A stretch of 63,705 nt of DNA, filler included, from Reticulomyxa filosa (lineage: Eukaryota; Protista; Foraminifera), in assembly GCA_000512085.1 (NCBI GenBank). It is 22 parts of 22 records of this genome, joined end to end, with 100 filler letters (N's around TTAATTAATTAA, not from the genome) between each part and the next. Parts side by side here need not be neighbours in the genome. Positions count along the whole stretch, not along the records: positions 11,854 to 15,520 come from ASPP01025134.1; positions 15,621 to 17,293 come from ASPP01023672.1; positions 17,394 to 18,839 come from ASPP01035844.1; positions 18,940 to 20,281 come from ASPP01010989.1; positions 20,382 to 22,811 come from ASPP01017751.1; positions 22,912 to 29,897 come from ASPP01002007.1; 16 more parts are not named here. One strand, 5' to 3'. The position numbers were made by a program, and so were the translations under genes. The notes under the pieces are model-generated. The model did no database searches, was not told the origin of the DNA, and was given only the letters and a program-made list of their open reading frames with translations. The stretch's first letter is position 1; the number at the start of each line of letters is the position of its first letter. Below, piece after piece: positions 12,764-25,042 of the stretch.

Positions 12764-15415
12764 TTACCATTCCGGCAAATCACTGAGAAACTCAACCTTT
12801 TTCCTAATTCTATCACTATAAATGAACTCTCCTCTTTTTTCCTCACATTCAAAATATCTTTCGCCATTGATTTCTCCAGAGCAACATCCTAACGCTCCAT
12901 CCAATAATTCGATGCCGAATTGAACCAATCCTTTACTATTGTTGGTCACTCCAACAAACATGATAACAGCTCTCTCTCCTTTGCTCAATTGAACGCAATC
13001 TCCAACATCAATTCCTAAACGATCCATTCTATCTTGTTCTGCTTTCTGTTTAAATTTTCCAGGCCATTCCCGTGGCACTGACTTATCTTGTTCTTTGTTC
13101 AAACCTTTTAAGTAAATTGGCATTATCTTTACGAGTGATCATTTCTGATTTTCGTTTTTCTCCAGGATTTTTCGTAGTTTTGTTATTATTACTGTTATTT
13201 GGAGTTTTTGCTGGTTTCTTTTGCTTTGGTTTCTCTGCTTTTGCAATGGCCATTGGTTTGATAAATAATCCTTTTGAAGGCTTGCATTCAAAATATTTGA
13301 TTCCATCAATATGTCCATTATTCTTGCCTTTTGAATTTTTCTGTAATTCGAGACCAACTACTGTTCCCCAAAAGAAATGCGCTTCACCAATGTATCGTAC
13401 AACCCCAATACGATCTTGTGATATAGTGACTATATCATTGACTTCTACGTTTAATTCTTGTAATTTCTGTTCTTCCAATGCGCTATACTTGCAGGCACCT
13501 ACACTTAACACACCCTTATACAATGGAGTCTCTAACGTGGATACGTCAATTAATACTTTTTTTGGTTTTTTGGCTGAATCAGAGGCTGGTGCTCCAACTG
13601 AATTCGTACTATTCTTTTCATCTAATGTTACAATTTCCCCCTGTTTTTAATTGTTGTTATTTAAAAATGTATATGTATGTTAGCAATAAACACAAGTGGA
13701 CAAAATAAAAATAGAAACAAAGTAAGTTAGCTTGTTGATCGTCCTCTTTGCTCTTCGACCTCTTCAATCTTGCTTCCATATTTTGCTTTACAGCTTCAAA
13801 TGTTTTATCCGCTGTCCGATTAACGCAATCACACATCAATTTATTATCATTGTTTTTTTAGAGATAAGAAAGATATTTACCTTTTTCATTTTCTTCCTCA
13901 TCAAAATTATTGAGTTTTCGAAAGCCAACAATGAATTGTGCTCCTTGCTTTCCTTCAACCATTGAATCTACTAAATCAGTAGCAACGGATAACTGACCCC
14001 AATGTTGAGGAGCTTTTTTCTCTACCTCTTGTTGTTTCTGCTGCTCTTCTTCTGATGGATCGTCTTCTTCATCCAATTCATCTTTGTCGGATGGATATTG
14101 TTCTTCATCCTCTTCTTCTAATTCTTCTTTTTCTTTTCGATGAGACCTCTCTTCCTGAGTGCTATCATTGGACAAGGCCTTTTTCAAGGTCTTTTGTTTG
14201 TTTTTGTTTTCGTCTTCTCCATCTTCGGAAGAATTGGTCAGATGTTCAGTATCTTCAAGTGAATGTTCGATTGCAGTGGCAGAGGTTTCATTGTCCTTTC
14301 GATGAGTCCCTGCTTGTGGAAGTGGGGACAATGAAGCAGGGGAATTCGAATTTCTCTTGCCACTTTCATTTTCTGTTTTTATTTTCAATTTGTTGGACGC
14401 AGCTGCGATGCTTGGTCGAGCTTTGGCACTGCTCGCTTTTGTATTAGCATTTGCGGAGTCGACTCCAAACATATTCGATTGTGATGGTCTCGATGACCTT
14501 CTCACTTGAGTTTCCAATTGATTCACTTTCATTGTTAACTCGGATATTGTTTTGCGTAGTGATTTATTTTCGCTTTGCAATTTCTCCTCACGCGTTTGGT
14601 TTTCTATTATATTCATACATTCATTTATGTATATTTGTATATAGCATTGAAATATGGTGACAAAACTATTTGTTGAAGTGGCATTTGCATTGCGAGGCTG
14701 TGAGGAATATGGAAGATCTTTGAGATGAGTACTATCACCACGACTCAAATGGAAAGACAAAATGAACAAAAGATGTTGAGAGTCAGCGAATATGTCACGA
14801 TTGAAGAGAACATTTTTGAGGATATAATCGCTGTCCATGATTGGAAATCGAATCAATGGCAACACACCACGGATGTGTTCTTTCCAAGATTCGAAGGAGC
14901 ATTTTGTTTCATTTGTGTTCTTGTGATTGTCTCGTGCGAGTGCTTTTTCACGATCGATTGTGCGTTTACTCCATTCAATCACGCCTTCAAACAACTGTTC
15001 TTCGTTAATGTCCAACTTGTTGCTCGACAAGATGAATTTCATCGACGCTTCAGACAATGAATAAAACGAACTGGCTGAAGAAGCTATTAGTTGTTCCATT
15101 CGACTACGATTGGAAAACAACTCGTGTTGTAATATCTTTGCTCCCATCTTTTATTTGGATTGTGTGTGTGTGTTGCTGTATGTCCATCTGTGTAAATAAG
15201 AACATAGAGGACTGCATACATACGTCGTTTTGATGGGTCGTTTGAAAGGATTGGACCAAACGAAAGAGGTCGTTCAAAGAGGTGAGATAGCTCGTGACGA
15301 TGACATGTGTCCATACATTTTGTGCAAAGTTTTTTTTTGTTAATAGTTGTGCGTACTTTGACGCGTATAGCAAATACATTTCTGCATTTTCGACGGTCAC
15401 TGCTTTCATGTCGTC
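12764..15415 (-). CDS. BTB-associated BACK domain + coiled coil + two CAP-Gly domains, multi-exon, 5' truncated
   Basis: BACK: LSSNKLDINEEQLFEGVIEW...LPLIRFPIMD. CAP-Gly 1: GVVRYIG...VGLEL..KGKNNGHIDGIKYFEC..KGLFI. CAP-Gly 2: FVG...FGIEL...GERYFEC..RGEFI. Homopolymer frameshift near 13107. Confidence 0.8.
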
Positions 15416-16443
15416 CTAATCACACAAAATTCACATAACATAGCAGGGAATACTTTTCGACATATATTTATACATACAAACTTGGCTTTCAATTTTCTGT
15501 AATTTCGAGACTATTGCAAANNNNNNNNNNNNNNNNNNNNNNNNNNNNNNNNNNNNNNNNNNNNTTAATTAATTAANNNNNNNNNNNNNNNNNNNNNNNN
15601 NNNNNNNNNNNNNNNNNNNNAAAAAAAAAAAAAAACAAACAAAAATAAAAAAAAAATTTTTTAACATTTTTTTTTTTTTTTTAATTGGGGAAATTAGATT
15701 GCGCACGTTGGCATCCAGACAGAGAGACTCCAATATTCCTTCGCCTTATATGGGCTCAATAATTAGCTTAGGGACGTTTCCTGCTATTAGTAATCAATCC
15801 GCCACCATCACTGATGACATGTTGGTCCAAAAGAAAGAAACTCGTCTCGAAGATCTTACTTTATCCACCATTCATGAGTAACCAACGTGCTCCTATCTAC
15901 TTTCTAATGCTTGAACTGCAAGAGGAAGGGCTAGGAAGCAAAGGGAGGAAGAGAAGGGAAGAAAGAAAATAAGTTGGATACTTCTATTTCTTATCTTCAT
16001 TAGTTTTTAAATTAGAAAATATTGGGTTGTACTTATGGCTTTTCTTACCCTTTTTTTTCTATTCGTGAGTTTTTTTTTTTGTTGTTGTCGAAACTCTTAT
16101 CAAATTTGTAACTGTAAATTTCAATAGATGAATTACAGTTTGTTTTATTTCTTATTCTTTTTGCAGTCTTTTACAAAAGTAAAAATATGTGATAATAATT
16201 TTTTTTTTCTCATTGAAAATTAGTGCCAATCTTTTTTTATCCATATTTACTTTACACTTCTTATATCGTGGATAAAAAAAAATAATAAAAGTCACAAAAT
16301 GAAAGGTAAACAAGCTGTCTCTAATCAAAGTAATAGGATCTGACAAAAATAATTGCTAATTTTTTTGTCAAGGCAGTCTTTTGGACAAAATTTTAAGGAA
16401 TCTTTAACGGAAAAAAGCTTTACCGAAATACCTGTTCTTAACC

Positions 16444-17200
16444 ATGTTTTTGTGGTTTTTTTTAATCTCATTTATCGGTGGATGGGGTAGTGATATTGTA
16501 CTCCCCCCGACTGGTGGCTCTGGAGAAACGTATGGATTCATAATGCTGCAAGGAGCAGAAATCAACAACACTGAGTATGAACCACTGATGATAGTTGAGT
16601 CACATCATTTGAATACAACACATGGAAAAAAAAAAAAAGAAAACACGTTCTGGAACAGCAAAAAAAAAAAACAACACCAAATGAACAAAGGACCTCCAAA
16701 ATATATTTCCAAATCCATTATACGTGGGATTGCCAGAAGCATTGCTGGACAATGTTGATGCAATCGATATAACCAGTGCCATAACTAAAGTGTATAAAGA
16801 CATGCTTGCCAAAGGTGTGTTAATTACTTTTTTTTAAAAAAATTATATGCGATTTTTTTTCCTCTTTAAAAAAAAAAAAATTGCATTACAAAACAAGTGA
16901 AAAATAAATAAATGAAAAAGGTCTGCCATCAACATCACCAGTATTTATTGGTGGTCATAGCCTGGGCGGTGCATCACTGCAAGCATGGATATACGCGAAC
17001 CAATACGACTACATGGAGAAGACAGGAATAAAAACCATTGCCGGACAAGTGCTGATGGGAGCATTTATTCAAAGACAATTCCGCAATCAAACAACACAGC
17101 TCGTGAGTAACTATTCAATTCCGACCCTGACGATTGGTGGATCTTTGGATGGCTTGTGTCGAGTGTCAAGGATCATTGAACAAGTATACGTTCAACTAGG
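16444..17200 (+). CDS. Secreted alpha/beta hydrolase, multi-exon, 3' truncated
   Basis: Hydrophobic N-terminus, FIMLQGA, nucleophile elbow VFIGGHSLGG (about 16940-16970, outside the ORF track), PTLTIGGSLDGLCR. Confidence 0.8.
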
Positions 17201-17252
17201 TATTTATGCGTGTACTCGTGGTTAAAAATAGGTGCTTTTTATAAAACACATT

Positions 17253-17283
<31 letters not shown>

Positions 17284-17393
17284 TTTTTTTTTANNNNNNN
17301 NNNNNNNNNNNNNNNNNNNNNNNNNNNNNNNNNNNNNTTAATTAATTAANNNNNNNNNNNNNNNNNNNNNNNNNNNNNNNNNNNNNNNNNNNN

Positions 17394-18839
17394 ATTTTAT
17401 TCCATAAAAAGTTGGATACTTCATTTTTAATTTTTATTTTTAGCAAATGTTGAATTTTCTCAGTATCTTGTGGAATACTTTCATTTCGTAAAAATAATAA
17501 CAAATGATACAACAGTCGTATCAATATGGATGTAAAAAGTTTCAATGTACTTGGCTCTGTTTTTTTGGGAGATGAATAATATCTTTTCAATACAAACCAA
17601 TCATCTTTCGTATCTATTGTATCTTTCCATTGATTTGACTTTTTGGATATTGTTTTAATTATAGTTCCTGCACAACCATTTATTTGACATTTCACTTGTT
17701 TCAAAATGTCCTCTGATCCATCAATTAATAGTGCATGATTGTTTGAACAATAGTGCACTTTCAAAGATCCATTTAATACTGTTTCACATTCAGTTGATGC
17801 AGGCAAAAATGACTCGGAATCAACCAATAGCAATTGAAATGGATTCTGTTTCATAAATGGAAGAATTGACACAAAATGAAAACCTAATCTTGTCACAATC
17901 ATGTCAAGTATATCTCTCATGGAAAGCGTTAGGCTATTCTTCGAAGAAGCCCAATTAGTAATAGCTTGTAAAATCTTTTTATACTCATTCTTCACTTCAG
18001 CGGATAAGAAAAAGTCTATAACGATACAACTCAGTCTTCGAACTTGATATATTTTCAACAAAATTATTGAGAAAACAAAAATATTTAAAAAAACTACAAA
18101 AAAAAAAACAAATTAGCTTTGGGATTGATCATTCAAGTGGTGTTCACTTGAATTGATTAAAGGAAACAGTTGTGCAATTATTTTGTGATAAATATTGCGA
18201 GAGCAATTATTAAGAGGAACGGAAGATTTGTGACGCATGATGCACTGTATATCGTTCATGTAAGTATTACCTCCATACACTCCAACGAAAGGATTGAAAG
18301 AATTATCGTGAAACGTCCTTGCACGCAACAAACGAAATATATTGTTTTTCTTTAATTTTCCAAAAAGAGGATATTTCGTGCCAATACCCAGTTGCGTGAA
18401 TATGATCTCAATCCAATGAATCCCTTTCCACATGTAAAGCTGTTTCAAAAACCACACATACAAAGCACGTTCATACTGTTTATAACAACTACTGAAATCC
18501 AACAATAATTTACTCATTTCTTCCAGTGAATTAAATACACTCTGGTTTTCCTCAAGTTGTGACAGATCAATATCCTCATAAACCATGTTGGAAATAATGT
18601 TGATAATATCCACTTTCACTTTTGAAATTTTTACAACACAACCAAGATCAGAGGTATTATTTTTATCACATAATTTCTTCCAGTCTTTGCTATTCTCATT
18701 CACTTCTTTCTTCAAAAGCATTAATTCCAAACAACAATTCAATCGTGTTGCTTCATCCGAGTACAAAGCAAGATTATTACTCAAATATCCATGTAATACC
18801 ATTTCTTTCAAAATTTGCATTTTGGGAATGAGTTTATTT
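17394..18839 (-). CDS. RNF213 (mysterin)-like protein fragment with degenerate RZ-type zinc finger
   Basis: FLP...VHYCSNNH...KCQINGC...ILIRLLYHLLLFL follows the order of the RNF213 FLPT...WYTCPNGH...CxxC...LIRLLTHLALLL segment (recalled from memory). Two exons. Confidence 0.55.
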
Positions 18840-18939
18840 NNNNNNNNNNNNNNNNNNNNNNNNNNNNNNNNNNNNNNNNNNNNTTAATTAATTAANNNNN
18901 NNNNNNNNNNNNNNNNNNNNNNNNNNNNNNNNNNNNNNN

Positions 18940-19762
18940 ACTGGCGGGCGCCGTGCCAGCAGAACTCGGCAGCGCCCATGGCACCCCAAGCAATACCGTA
19001 GCGGGCTTTATTGAGGCAGCCGAACGGGCCTTTCAGGCCTTTGACGTGCGGCAGCAGCGCGTCTTCGCCCACTTCCACGTTGTCCATCACGATTTCACCG
19101 GTAATGGAGGCGCGCAGCGAAAACTTGCCTTCGATCTTGGGCGCGGACAGGCCTTTCATGCCTTTTTCCAGTACGAAGCCGCGGATCTCGCCTTCGTCGT
19201 CTTTGGCCCACACCACGAACACGTCGGCGATCGGGCTGTTGGTAATCCACATCTTGCTGCCATGCAGCACGTAACCGCCGTCCACTTTGCGGGCACGGGT
19301 TTTCATGCCGGCCGGGTCGGAGCCGGCGTCCGGCTCGGTGAGGCCGAAGCAGCCTACCCATTCGCCACTGGCCAGCTTGGGCAGGTATTTGTCTTTTTGC
19401 GCGTCGGTGCCGTAGGCCCAGATCGGGTGCATCACCAGGCTGCTCTGTACCGACATGGCGGAACGGTAGCCGGAATCCACACGCTCTACCTCGCGGGCGA
19501 TCAGGCCGTAGGCCACGTGCGACAGGCCGGCGCAGCCGTGGCTGTCGATGGTGCAGCCCAGCAGGCCCAGCTCACCCATCTCGCTCATGATCTCGCGGTC
19601 GAAACGCTCTTCGCGGTTGGCGGTGAGCACGCGCGGCAGCAGTTGTTCCTGGCAATAGGCGAAGGCGGTATCGCGCACCATGCGCTCTTCGTCGGTGAGC
19701 TGGTCGTTCAGCAGCAGGGCATCGTCCCAGTTGAACGGTGCGCGATTCGAGGTAGCGGCCAT
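18940..19762 (-). CDS. gcdH: Glutaryl-CoA dehydrogenase (bacterial), 3' truncated
   Basis: [98 protein letters not shown] at 19769-19774 (minus strand). High GC. Confidence 0.95.
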
Positions 19763-19781
19763 GCAATTCTCCTTTGCTTAG

Positions 19782-19796
19782 TTCCGCATTGCGGAA
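19782..19796. promoter_or_regulatory. Palindromic putative IclR operator
   Basis: TTCCGCA-T-TGCGGAA, just upstream of the gcdH ribosome-binding site in the divergent intergenic region. Confidence 0.6.
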
Positions 19797-19913
19797 TTTA
19801 ATTCTGTATTGCAAAATAGACTAGCAAGGCACCTGCCGTGTGTAAAGTTTTTTGTGGGAGCACGGCGCGCACTGCACTATTCTTGCCACTCTTCAGATAG
19901 GAGCATTGCCACC

Positions 19914-20281
19914 ATGTCGCTTATCCCGCAGGAAGAAGAAGGCAAAGACCGCTTGTTCGTCGAGGCACTGGCGCGCGGTTTGCGCGTGTTGTCGGCGTTC
20001 CGGCCGGGCGAGTCCGCGCTATCGAACCAGGTGCTGGCACAACGCACCGGCCTGCCCAAATCCACCGTGTCGCGCCTCACCTATACGCTGACCAAGTTGG
20101 GCTACCTGTCGCAGGATGCCGACAGCGGCTTTTACCGCTTGGGCCCGGCGGTACTGGCGCTGGGTTCGGCGGTGCTGGGCAGCTACGATATCCGCCGCGT
20201 CGCCGCGCCGCTGATGCGCGACTTCGCGCTAAAGCACACCATTTCGGTAAGCCTGGGCATGCGCGACGGCAGCGATATCGT
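19914..20281 (+). CDS. IclR-family transcriptional regulator (bacterial), 3' truncated
   Basis: FVEALARGLRVLSAF...LAQRTGLPKSTVSRLTYTLTKLGYL...YRLG (IclR HTH). SD AGGAG at 19899-19903 before ATG 19914. Confidence 0.92.
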
Positions 20282-20381
20282 NNNNNNNNNNNNNNNNNNN
20301 NNNNNNNNNNNNNNNNNNNNNNNNNTTAATTAATTAANNNNNNNNNNNNNNNNNNNNNNNNNNNNNNNNNNNNNNNNNNNN

Positions 20382-21213
20382 TTATTATTAATGTTATTAT
20401 TAATGTTATTGTTAATGTCATTATTAATGCTAATGTTATTATTATTATTATTATTATTATCAGTATTATTGCTATTAAAATTAGTTCGATTAAGATTATG
20501 TTCATCAATGAAATTGAAATTGAAAGTGGAATTGAGATTAAGATTGGGATTAGGATTAGGATTAGGATTGGAATGATGAAGATGGGTAGTGTCATCATCG
20601 TCATCATCATTGTTGTTGTTGTGTTCATCAAGTGGGGAATCCGGAAAAAAGATATAGGCTTTTTTAAGCTGTTGCAACGTCGGCAATACCTGTCGTTTAA
20701 ATAAGGTGTCGATCTGCTCGTACAGCAAGGAAGGGACAGACAGTCCCAAATTGGCCACGTTGCTTTGCGATGAACTCATCGAACAAATTACAAACAATTC
20801 CAAGAAATCTTGCCGGTCATAATAACAACAATTTTCATCAAAGCTGTCCAATGTCCGCATTATCAGTATGTAATTCGTCAATGCCACGTCCTCTGCTCGA
20901 ACGCCGTTGTTGCCACCGTCACCGTCACCGTCACCGTTGCCATCGTCATCACCATCGCCATCGCCATGGGCGTTCAACCGCGTTGCTGCGCTTTCCCCCA
21001 AGGGTGCTTGCGCATCACTGCGATTCGTGTTTGTTGTGCTCTTAAGCGAGTGTCTATTCCACCACGACCACAAACTACTTCTAGTTGTGGGACCTATGCT
21101 GTCGTGTGTACCGTCGCTTGGCTGACCAATCTTGTTATTGTTGGGATTGCCACTATTCGTCATTGGATTACTATTATTGTTATTGAGTATCGTTGTGTTT
21201 ATTGTAGTCGTTG

Positions 21214-21247
<34 letters not shown>

Positions 21248-22770
21248 CGTGGTTGTCATTGTCGCTATTGCTGTCGCTGTCGCTGTCGTTGTAAAGGTAT
21301 TGGTCAATGTCACCACCGTCGGTCTGGGACGACGTTGTTGGGGATGCGTGTGATTGCTCATCCGAGAATACAGGCTGAGATGAAACGTCGAGGTGCCACT
21401 GTTTTGCAACGTGGGTCGCACCAAAAACCGGCATCTCTCATTGCGATGTTGCATTTGGTGATGGAAGCGGTGTGATCGCAATGTATTCTGACAAAAGGGG
21501 AGAATCCAGCCATACGTGTTTTTATTCAAAATTCTAACATTTGCATTTTTTTTTTTTTTTTTTACGTGCCAAGTTGTTCTTATTGTGTTGTCAAATGCTC
21601 CCACTAGTTTCACCCAAAACTAAAAAAAAAAAAAAAAATATTCATAGTAGAAGATACGTGGAAACCACCATATGTTGCGTATACACATATATGTATATAA
21701 ATTTATTTTTTTTTTACTTGTGTCATACAAAAATAACTGAAAAAATGCCATGAATTGCTTGAGCTTCAAATAATGAACTAAAAACAACAAATTTTCAACG
21801 CTGTTTTCGGACACCATGTGATTTGCGAAAAGCTCCAGCCCATCGCAACGTGTGATCAAAAACTCAAAGCCCTTTTTGCAACGCAATTGGTCTCGGACAT
21901 GATCCATCTTCTTACTTCTCTCTTCGCCACACGGCAAATACTTGCAACCGGTGTCCGCCCGTACGTTGTCACTGTCACTGCCACTCTGCTCTTTTTCGTC
22001 GCTACTGTTCGACTCTCTCTTCCACTTTTTCGATAGGCAAAATATGTATCGACCCACCGATTTGGGAATCTTTGGATCATTGCCATAGTGTCGTCTATCA
22101 CAATTTTTTTTTTTTTTTTTTTTTTAATGTTCCCTTTTCCAATAACAACAACAATAAAAACTTACATAAACATAAATATATATATACATATATATGTATA
22201 TATATATATATATTTATGTTTATGTAATTTTTGATTGTTTATATTGACGCATGACAAAACTCATTAGTTTCATCCGATTTCTTGACTTCAAAAATGAGAC
22301 CACGTTGAATGACTCTCCACACGGTGAAATAGATGGCGGTAATGGCAAGCACCAAATCGATCCAATTGTGAATTAAATTATAGGTGAGGACATAGTTTTC
22401 CCGTTGATGGGAAATCGACTCCCGCTCCAGCCAGCGCGTGGGTTTGTGTGTATCGTTATCACTCCCTTGCCACTTGCCATGCTGTTGTTTCACTCGATAC
22501 GGCAACAAGCACGCCTGCGGCAGCACGATTACCATCACGAGTTCGATCATCACCACATATACGTATAACGATATCTCCTCTTTTAACTCGAACAAATCGC
22601 GAGTCTTCCGAATGCAGTCGTTGCTTTTCCTACAAATCTTCCACGCTACCACCAGCAGTATCACTGCCATCGCTTGAGTTCCCACTTGGAAATAGATGTT
22701 TTCGTCCATTATGTCCAACTTGAACCCGGTCAAGCTATAGAATATGCTACAAAAAACACAAAACAACATT
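20382..22770 (-). CDS. Transmembrane (7TM-RGS-like) regulator of G-protein signalling, partial
   Basis: Three hydrophobic helices with RDLFELKEEI (22239-22769), then RGS core GLELFANHMVSENSVENLLFL. Later LKKAYIFFPDSPL follows a long low-complexity insert. Confidence 0.75.
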
Positions 22771-22778
22771 TGTTAACC

Positions 22779-22811
<33 letters not shown>

Positions 22812-22911
22812 NNNNNNNNNNNNNNNNNNNNNNNNNNNNNNNNNNNNNNNNNNNNTTAATTAATTAANNNNNNNNNNNNNNNNNNNNNNNNNNNNNNNNN
22901 NNNNNNNNNNN

Positions 22912-24552
22912 AATGTCAGCCAACAGTGCTTTGTACCCCTCGTCCGATTCATCTTCGGGTATGTTGATGAGAGTTTCTTTCACTAAGGCATGAATATGTC
23001 GCCTTTGATCTTTTGGCCATTTCGTGAATACATACGAAAATTTACTGAGATGATCTGTGATGGAGGGAACAATTCCAACCAAAGTCCGAGCCAGATCTTT
23101 AATACAATTCATCCGATGTCCCAAGGCAGTGTACCCGATCAAAACCACAATTTTGACACTCTTGGAATTATGGAGTGCCCTAATGACACTAATGCCATTG
23201 GCGACATCGACTTCAGGGTCACTTGTATCTTCAAAGCCAGGAGTATCGCAAAGCACAACCATATCTTGGTCTGTATACATTTTCATTTCCTTCAAATCAA
23301 TTGGGACAGCGGTGATATATTTGGTCTCCGATATTGCATTTGGACTAGTCGTAACGTTAATTAAAGCCTCATTTTTAATTTCGATTGGAGCGATATGAGA
23401 TAACCCATTCACCGTTTGCTGTTTCATGGTAGATCCCGCCAGGAAGTGGATTAATGAAGATTTGCCTGTACCTGTGCCTCCAAGAAATAATATCACATTT
23501 TTATCTCTTATTTGCTCGGCTGCTTCCTCTGCTTTTGCCACCAACTTCAACATTAAGCTGATATCAAATCCAGTCTTTTCATCGAATTTTTTATCATCTT
23601 CCTTTTTATCATCATCATTATCATCATCATCATCATTATCATCACCATCATCATTATCGTGAAACTCTTGCATATTTTCTCTTTTAACTGATTCCTTATC
23701 GGACTGGCTCTGTTTTTTATATTTTTCTTTGTTTTGCACATTTGTTAGTGTACTTTTTGTTTTGGGCTTTGTCTTCGAATGGACAACTTTAAGCTTCAAC
23801 CAACACCGCTTATGTTCGTCATACCGATCAGACCAAATCGCTTTCAAGTGATTGCCATTTCGAATCCTCTTCTTCTGTTCCGTGTCTTTTAGATATTCAT
23901 TATCATCACTTATTCCAACCAATTGCTTCAAATCCTCAAAGTGTTTGTTCCAATCCTCTTTGTCCAATTCAAAACGGAAATTCGCATCGTTGGAATTTTT
24001 TGGACACCATGTCATTTTTTTGCTTTCTTTTTTAATTACCAAACATCTCTTTTTTATTATTAGATATTTATACATAATGCATATACATATACATAGATAG
24101 GTATATACATAGTTTCCCATATTTATGCATATACATTTTTTTTTAATGGACAACAACAAGCAATAATAATTGTTATGATAATTAAATCAAAACTAGTGTT
24201 AGTGTATAGTGCACTGCTTTTCTTTTTTTATTGAGCTCATTCCAAAAGTCCATCAAATCGTCATCGTTATCAATTTGATCCTCGAGACAGTCCTTATTTA
24301 CTAAAAGAAATGAAGATCCACTTATCAGTTTCAGATTATCTTTGATTGTTTCGATTAATTGTTGCCAATTGACCTCATTTGAACTTTCTGGCATTCGTCC
24401 ATCATCTCGTAATTGATTTGGTTTAAAAGTTATATTTTTGTTGTAAGACTCGATTACAAAGTACTTGCCCTTTGTTTTTAAAGTAAAAAGTAAACGATAT
24501 ATTCACTTTGTTTTTATTTTGAAAACTTTGAAATGAAGATACAAACCGTCAT
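22912..24552 (-). CDS. PB1-like x2 + P-loop GTPase protein (paralog A), 3' truncated
   Basis: ATG ACG | intron 24470-24546, then exon GKYFVIE...DQIDNDDDLMDFW, second module RCLVI..WCPK...HLKAIW. G1 GGTGTGKS, G3 DTPG, G4-like TKW. Confidence 0.85.
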
Positions 24553-25042
24553 TTCTGCTTGTAAGATGGGACGTATAAGAATTATAATAAGGGGCTACAA
24601 TTTGCTCTGTTGACAAAAAGAAGGATAAAGTAGACAACCGATTTTTCAATGAAAGACTAACATTGTTAAAAATTTTTTTAAATACTGGTACGGTAGATAT
24701 AAGGGACAATCCACAAGCCCAAAGAGTTGGCCAACTACAATCGAATTTGACTCTTCATGATACCAAAGAAACAAGTTGTTTCTGGCACAAAATAAGAAAT
24801 ATCACTTAAAACAAATAAAAAGATACAGTACGAGGAAGAATTAGTATCCAAATACATGAGGAATTTTATTCATCTACTTTTTCTTTCTTTTTCAAGACGA
24901 CTTGTTATTGTTGAAAGAAAAAGCGAATTGAATTTTCGTTGTCGAACAATCACTCCTTTTTAAAAACTCTTAACGGAACTTTAAGAAAGACTGTCTAAGT
25001 TCATTTATCTTAGTTACTTTTTTGGTGTCAATTTACGGCAAA

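Noticed and set aside
18953-19801. 282-aa plus-strand ORF overlapping gcdH
   Set aside because: Antisense shadow ORF typical of high-GC coding DNA.
18940-20281. Horizontal transfer of bacterial genes into the eukaryotic genome (also 62672-63705)
   Set aside because: Both segments are separate contigs delimited by spacers or the window end, with bacterial GC, SD sites and no introns. No junction with host DNA is visible.
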